A program made the translations under genes and the position numbers. The notes beneath the pieces were generated by a model that had not been told where the DNA came from, ran no database searches, and worked only from the letters and a program-made list of their open reading frames with translations. Source: Eledone cirrhosa (Eukaryota). From it: a DNA stretch of 64,000 nucleotides. Every line of letters starts with the position of its first letter. Position 1 is the first letter of the stretch. Positions 59,915-64,000 of this stretch are shown piece by piece. Where the stretch lies: the NCBI GenBank assembly GCA_964016885.1, contig OZ024741.1, forward strand, positions 279,000,001 to 279,064,000, in the 5' to 3' direction.

Positions 59915-60328
59915 TTTATTTATTAAAATAACAGATTAAGCAAAGAATCGCTGCTTTCACCCTTAACGGGATCTTCTGAAACTAAAAAAGTCAATCTGTG
60001 AACGCAGAAGTAAATATTTCAAAAAACGTTGCACGGGTATGTTCTTTGTAGCAATATTCAGATGTTGTTTCATCAAGCAGAAACAACATCTGAATATTTC
60101 TACAAAGAACATACCCGTGCAACATTTTTTTGAAATATTTACTTCTGCGTTCACAGATTGACTTTTTTAGTTTCAGAAGATCCTGTTAAGGGTGAAAGCA
60201 GCGATTCTTTGCTTAAACTATATCTGTTATTTTAATAAATATTTGCTCTACGGTTCTTATATATTTGATATATATTTATCCTTATCGAGCCCTCTTTGGA
60301 TTTTAGTCTTCAAATTTATTATTATTAC

Positions 60329-60330
<2 letters not shown>
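59915..60330. mobile_element. Family A inverted pair forming a palindrome with about 150-bp arms
   Basis: About 59920-60070 vs 60081-60240 are reverse complements; tail continues to 60330. Confidence 0.82.
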
Positions 60331-60394
<64 letters not shown>

Positions 60395-60463
60395 AAAAAA
60401 AATGTATACACACTTCAACAGGATTCTGATAAAATTGTGTAACATGTTTTGGGGGAGACCGTC

Positions 60464-60960
60464 TTGAGTGCTACTGGTAACATGTAACCCAATACAGCCT
60501 GTCTCATGGTCGGGTCATCGGCGACTAAACCGGCAACCCCACCAAGCCTGCTTGGGGAGGAGGGTGATATTTGGACACCCTGCAGGATGAAATACAAGAC
60601 CCGGCGAAAGGCGAAGGAACTCAGCAGAGTCAATGGCCATCCAAATAGTACTTTTATTGTTGTTTTTTTCCACCTGGGAGTGAAAGCCCCCAGTTGTTGT
60701 CACAACACCTTTGTAAGAGAGGGAAACTCTGAAAAGAAACCTGCGGCTTCGGAAACATCCGATGATGTTGACCAGTTCTCTTTTCGGGTAGTGTTTTCGA
60801 TGCTCAGAGAGTGGGATTGGTCGAGTGCAAAGCCTCTCCTCACTTAAAAAACCTTCAAAGCACAGGTATTGATTTTTCGGGATATGTTACAGGTTCGTGT
60901 GGCTGGCCATAGCCTAAAAGTGCACCAAACTCTATAATCTGACAAGCGATTGCAATACTC
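60464..60960 (+). mobile_element. RTE 5'-UTR-like repeat (same family as 13490-13935)
   Basis: Collinear nucleotide homology. Confidence 0.55.
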
Positions 60961-60963
60961 TTA

Positions 60964-61078
<115 letters not shown>

Positions 61079-61759
61079 TCACACGAAGTCGTGTGTCAGT
61101 GTTCAGTTCGTAAATGTACGTTTAATAAGTACCCAATACGATGCAAGAGATTTAGTTTTAGATAAATTCATTTACAATATAAATGAAACTCGAGTAAAAG
61201 GAAACACATGCTAAGAAACCCCACAATGAAATAGGAATTATTATTGAACAGTAAAAATATTCTAGATACTAGATACTATTACTGTAATTTCTTGAAACAT
61301 GAGACGATATTTTATATATATGATGCAGTAGATTTTACATTTTAACAACTCAGAACATTTTAATGTCTGTAATTGATGGGTTTTTGTTTTTGTTTTTTTC
61401 ATTTTAAGCCATGTTTGGATAATCTATACAGTTTAAAAGATTATTTGCTTTGTTTGGACTTCTCTTCGGCAAAGGCCGAATGCAACTTATTTTTCCGTCT
61501 CTATTTTTTAAGCTATTTTATAGCATCTCTACTCATATGCACACCACTCTTTATATTAACTTTACCCGCTCAGTGCGAGAGATCGGTTACGTATATAAAT
61601 TTGTGATGTGAAATTTAAATAAGTTTAATATCAGAAATAATCATATTTATCATGACATTATATAAAAATAATTGAGTAGTATCTAATAAAAACAAAACAG
61701 ACTGTTAATGAGAACAGAAAAAAAATGAAAAGGGGAAAAAGAAAGAAGAAACAAGCAAC

Positions 61760-61915
61760 AAAAGAAAGGGAGGCGGGGCAGGCAAACACTGCACCCCAGT
61801 CTGGGCGGTAACCAAGCCGCGCACCGTGGACACAACAGCAATGGTGTTACCACGAAGAATAACCAGAGACACCCGATGCAACAGCCAGTCCACCTCACGA
61901 GGCTCCATCCTCAAG
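61760..61915 (-). pseudogene. CRE-like RLE C-terminal fragment
   Basis: MEPREVDWLLHRVSLVILRGNTIAVVST matches the (D/E)PRE..(W/F)L.QR.S.A..RGNA terminus of CRE-type endonucleases. Confidence 0.65.
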
Positions 61916-62082
61916 TGGGTGTTTCAATCATCTTAGTCCATCTTTTTATCAGATATTGAGATATTCTAGCTGTGTAATGCCTGTCTTCTTTTATTCAGTA
62001 ATAATGTATCGGGAATGACTACCTCATGTTTCTTTTCTGATTTAAATTAGGTGGGGTGTAGAGATCGGCAGAATCGTTAGAG

Positions 62083-62249
62083 CAGGATTTCCCAAACTTT
62101 TTCAAACGCGGAACCCATTTTGATTCAGAATCTTTTTGGGGAACCCCAAAGCTTAATACTGTTATATTGTCGCAATATAAATATATTCCTCTACATTTTT
62201 TCATGGAACCCCAGACACTCATTTACGGAACCCACTTTGGGAACAAGTC
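62083..62249. mobile_element. hAT-like MITE inserted into a SINE with 8-bp TSD
   Basis: TSD cgttagag at 62075-62082 and 62250-62257; ends caggatttcccaaa / tttgggaacaagtc; ggaaccc subterminal repeats. Confidence 0.8.
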
Positions 62250-62635
62250 CGTTAGAGTATCGAAGAAAATGCTTTGAGGCATTTATTTACAGCCCTTTAA
62301 AGTCAACTTTACCCTTCATACTTTCGGGATCAATAAAATAAAATACCAGTCAAGTACTAGGGTTGACTTAATCAACTTTTCCTTTCCCTTAAATTTTCTA
62401 CCCTTCTGCCTAAACTAGAAACTAACTCAACTTTTTATTCAGACATAGTGGTATTCAGGAAGCAACTGTGTGAGAAATGAAAAGAAAAGAAATTGAGAAA
62501 AAGCATATATATTTTCATATATGTTTATCCCAATCATCAAAATGAACAAATAAAACAACGGAAATTTTGTATTAACACACAACAAAAACATGCATGTATG
62601 TGTGTGTATGTATGTATGATTATAAACACTATGCA

Positions 62636-62793
<158 letters not shown>

Positions 62794-62860
62794 AGCATGG
62801 AAGATGGACGTTAAACGATGATGATGATGATATATATATATATGTGTGTGTGTGTGTATG

Positions 62861-62892
<32 letters not shown>

Positions 62893-63270
62893 AGGTTACA
62901 TATTGTTTATAATCACACACAAACATATACATATATACCAACAAACATACATAGGGAGCAAATTGGTAAAACCATTAGAACGTCGGATAGAACGTCTTGC
63001 CAATTCAGCTCACTGAGTTTAAATCCAGTCGGCGCCAACTTTGTCTTTCATCTTTTTGGGTTTGAAATAAAGTACCAGTCGAGGACGATGAATTAACGGC
63101 ATTGTGAAGGCATCGGACTGAATACCTTGTGGTATCTGTCCCGGCTCTTTGCGTTCTGTGAAGGACACAGGTGCTAAGTTATATCAGCCGTTGGCTTTCC
63201 CTTGGACAACATCTTGCATGCATGAGCAACTGATAGTCTTGTATTCACTTGTATTCATATACATTTATAT

Positions 63271-63910
63271 ATTCTTCTTCTTCTTCTTCTTCTTCTTCTT
63301 CTTCTTCTTCTTCTTCTTCTTCTTCTTCTTCTTCTTCTTCGCCCACTTGTTCCTGAGAAGGTCGTGGGGGAAGAGTCCTCAAACACTCCTTCCAGCGAGT
63401 CCTGTCAGAAGCAATCGTCTTCAATTGATCCGGCTAGATCCCCAAGCGAGACCAGCTAAGCTCATGGATGTTATCCAACCATCTTGCTCGGGGTTTACCC
63501 CCTGAGTCTCCTGCCGGTTGATTTTGCACGTAAAAAGTGTCCAGTGATTCTTTCCTGAGATTTTCGAACCACATGCCCATAGTATCGCAGCTGTGATCTC
63601 TCAATTCGGAGAAGTAACGAATCTGCCTGGAGTGAATCATTGATCTCTGAGCTGCGCACTCTATGGAGTAACGCTACTCCAAAGACCCTTCGGAGGAACC
63701 CCATTTCCATCGACGTATTCGCGATCGTTGGCATGAAAACCAAATTGAATTGAAGATAGCGAGTTTGCTTTTACGCCTACCTCCCTTCTTTTGATTACTG
63801 AATGCTGAAGCTGGCACATTACTGCACCAGCTCCTGTAATTCATTCACTTAATTTAACCTCCTGCCTTCCATCACTCGTGAATATTTGAACTTCTCTGCC
63901 TGCGCAGATG
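63271..63910 (-). pseudogene. Decayed RTE LINE 3' part with (GAA)n tail
   Basis: EMGFLRRVFGV..RVRS..IERSQLRYYGHVVR, G.PRARWLDNI; frameshifted; (TTC)n at 63272-63340. Confidence 0.85.
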
Positions 63911-64000
63911 ACAAAGGCTATGGAAAAAAACAAAGGAAAGACGGGCAGGCCCAGCTCCTCTGAAAATCACTACTGTTTCGAAGCATTAAGGTTGAAACCG

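Overview
AT-rich, microsatellite-saturated animal genomic DNA. The tRNA-derived SINE families and the density of (TA)n, (TG)n and (GA)n suggest a cephalopod, probably Octopus; this is an inference. Almost all ORFs in the track are simple-repeat artefacts. Real coding remnants are all transposon-derived: an uninterrupted 5'-truncated Penelope-like element ORF (RT plus GIY-YIG, Naiad-like, 49204-50922), an RTE LINE 3' half ending in three C2H2-like fingers (16753-17961), an internally deleted Helitron with both termini (40718-41765), decayed R4/Dong-like and RTE fragments, and four 3' fragments of a CRE-like (RLE) LINE. One of those four fragments has seeded a 2.8-kb minisatellite. There is one candidate host signal-peptide exon (11388-11439). 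The most striking unexplained structure is a set of about 8-10 unrelated short non-coding elements, each with a hand-foldable type I hammerhead ribozyme motif. Several have non-canonical cores (CAGAAGA, CCGAAGA), a shared U-U pair at the base of stem II, or very large stem II loops. They sit in (TA)n tracts, usually as head-to-head inverted pairs whose junctions fall at or inside the ribozyme. All folds were done by eye and need computational and biochemical confirmation.
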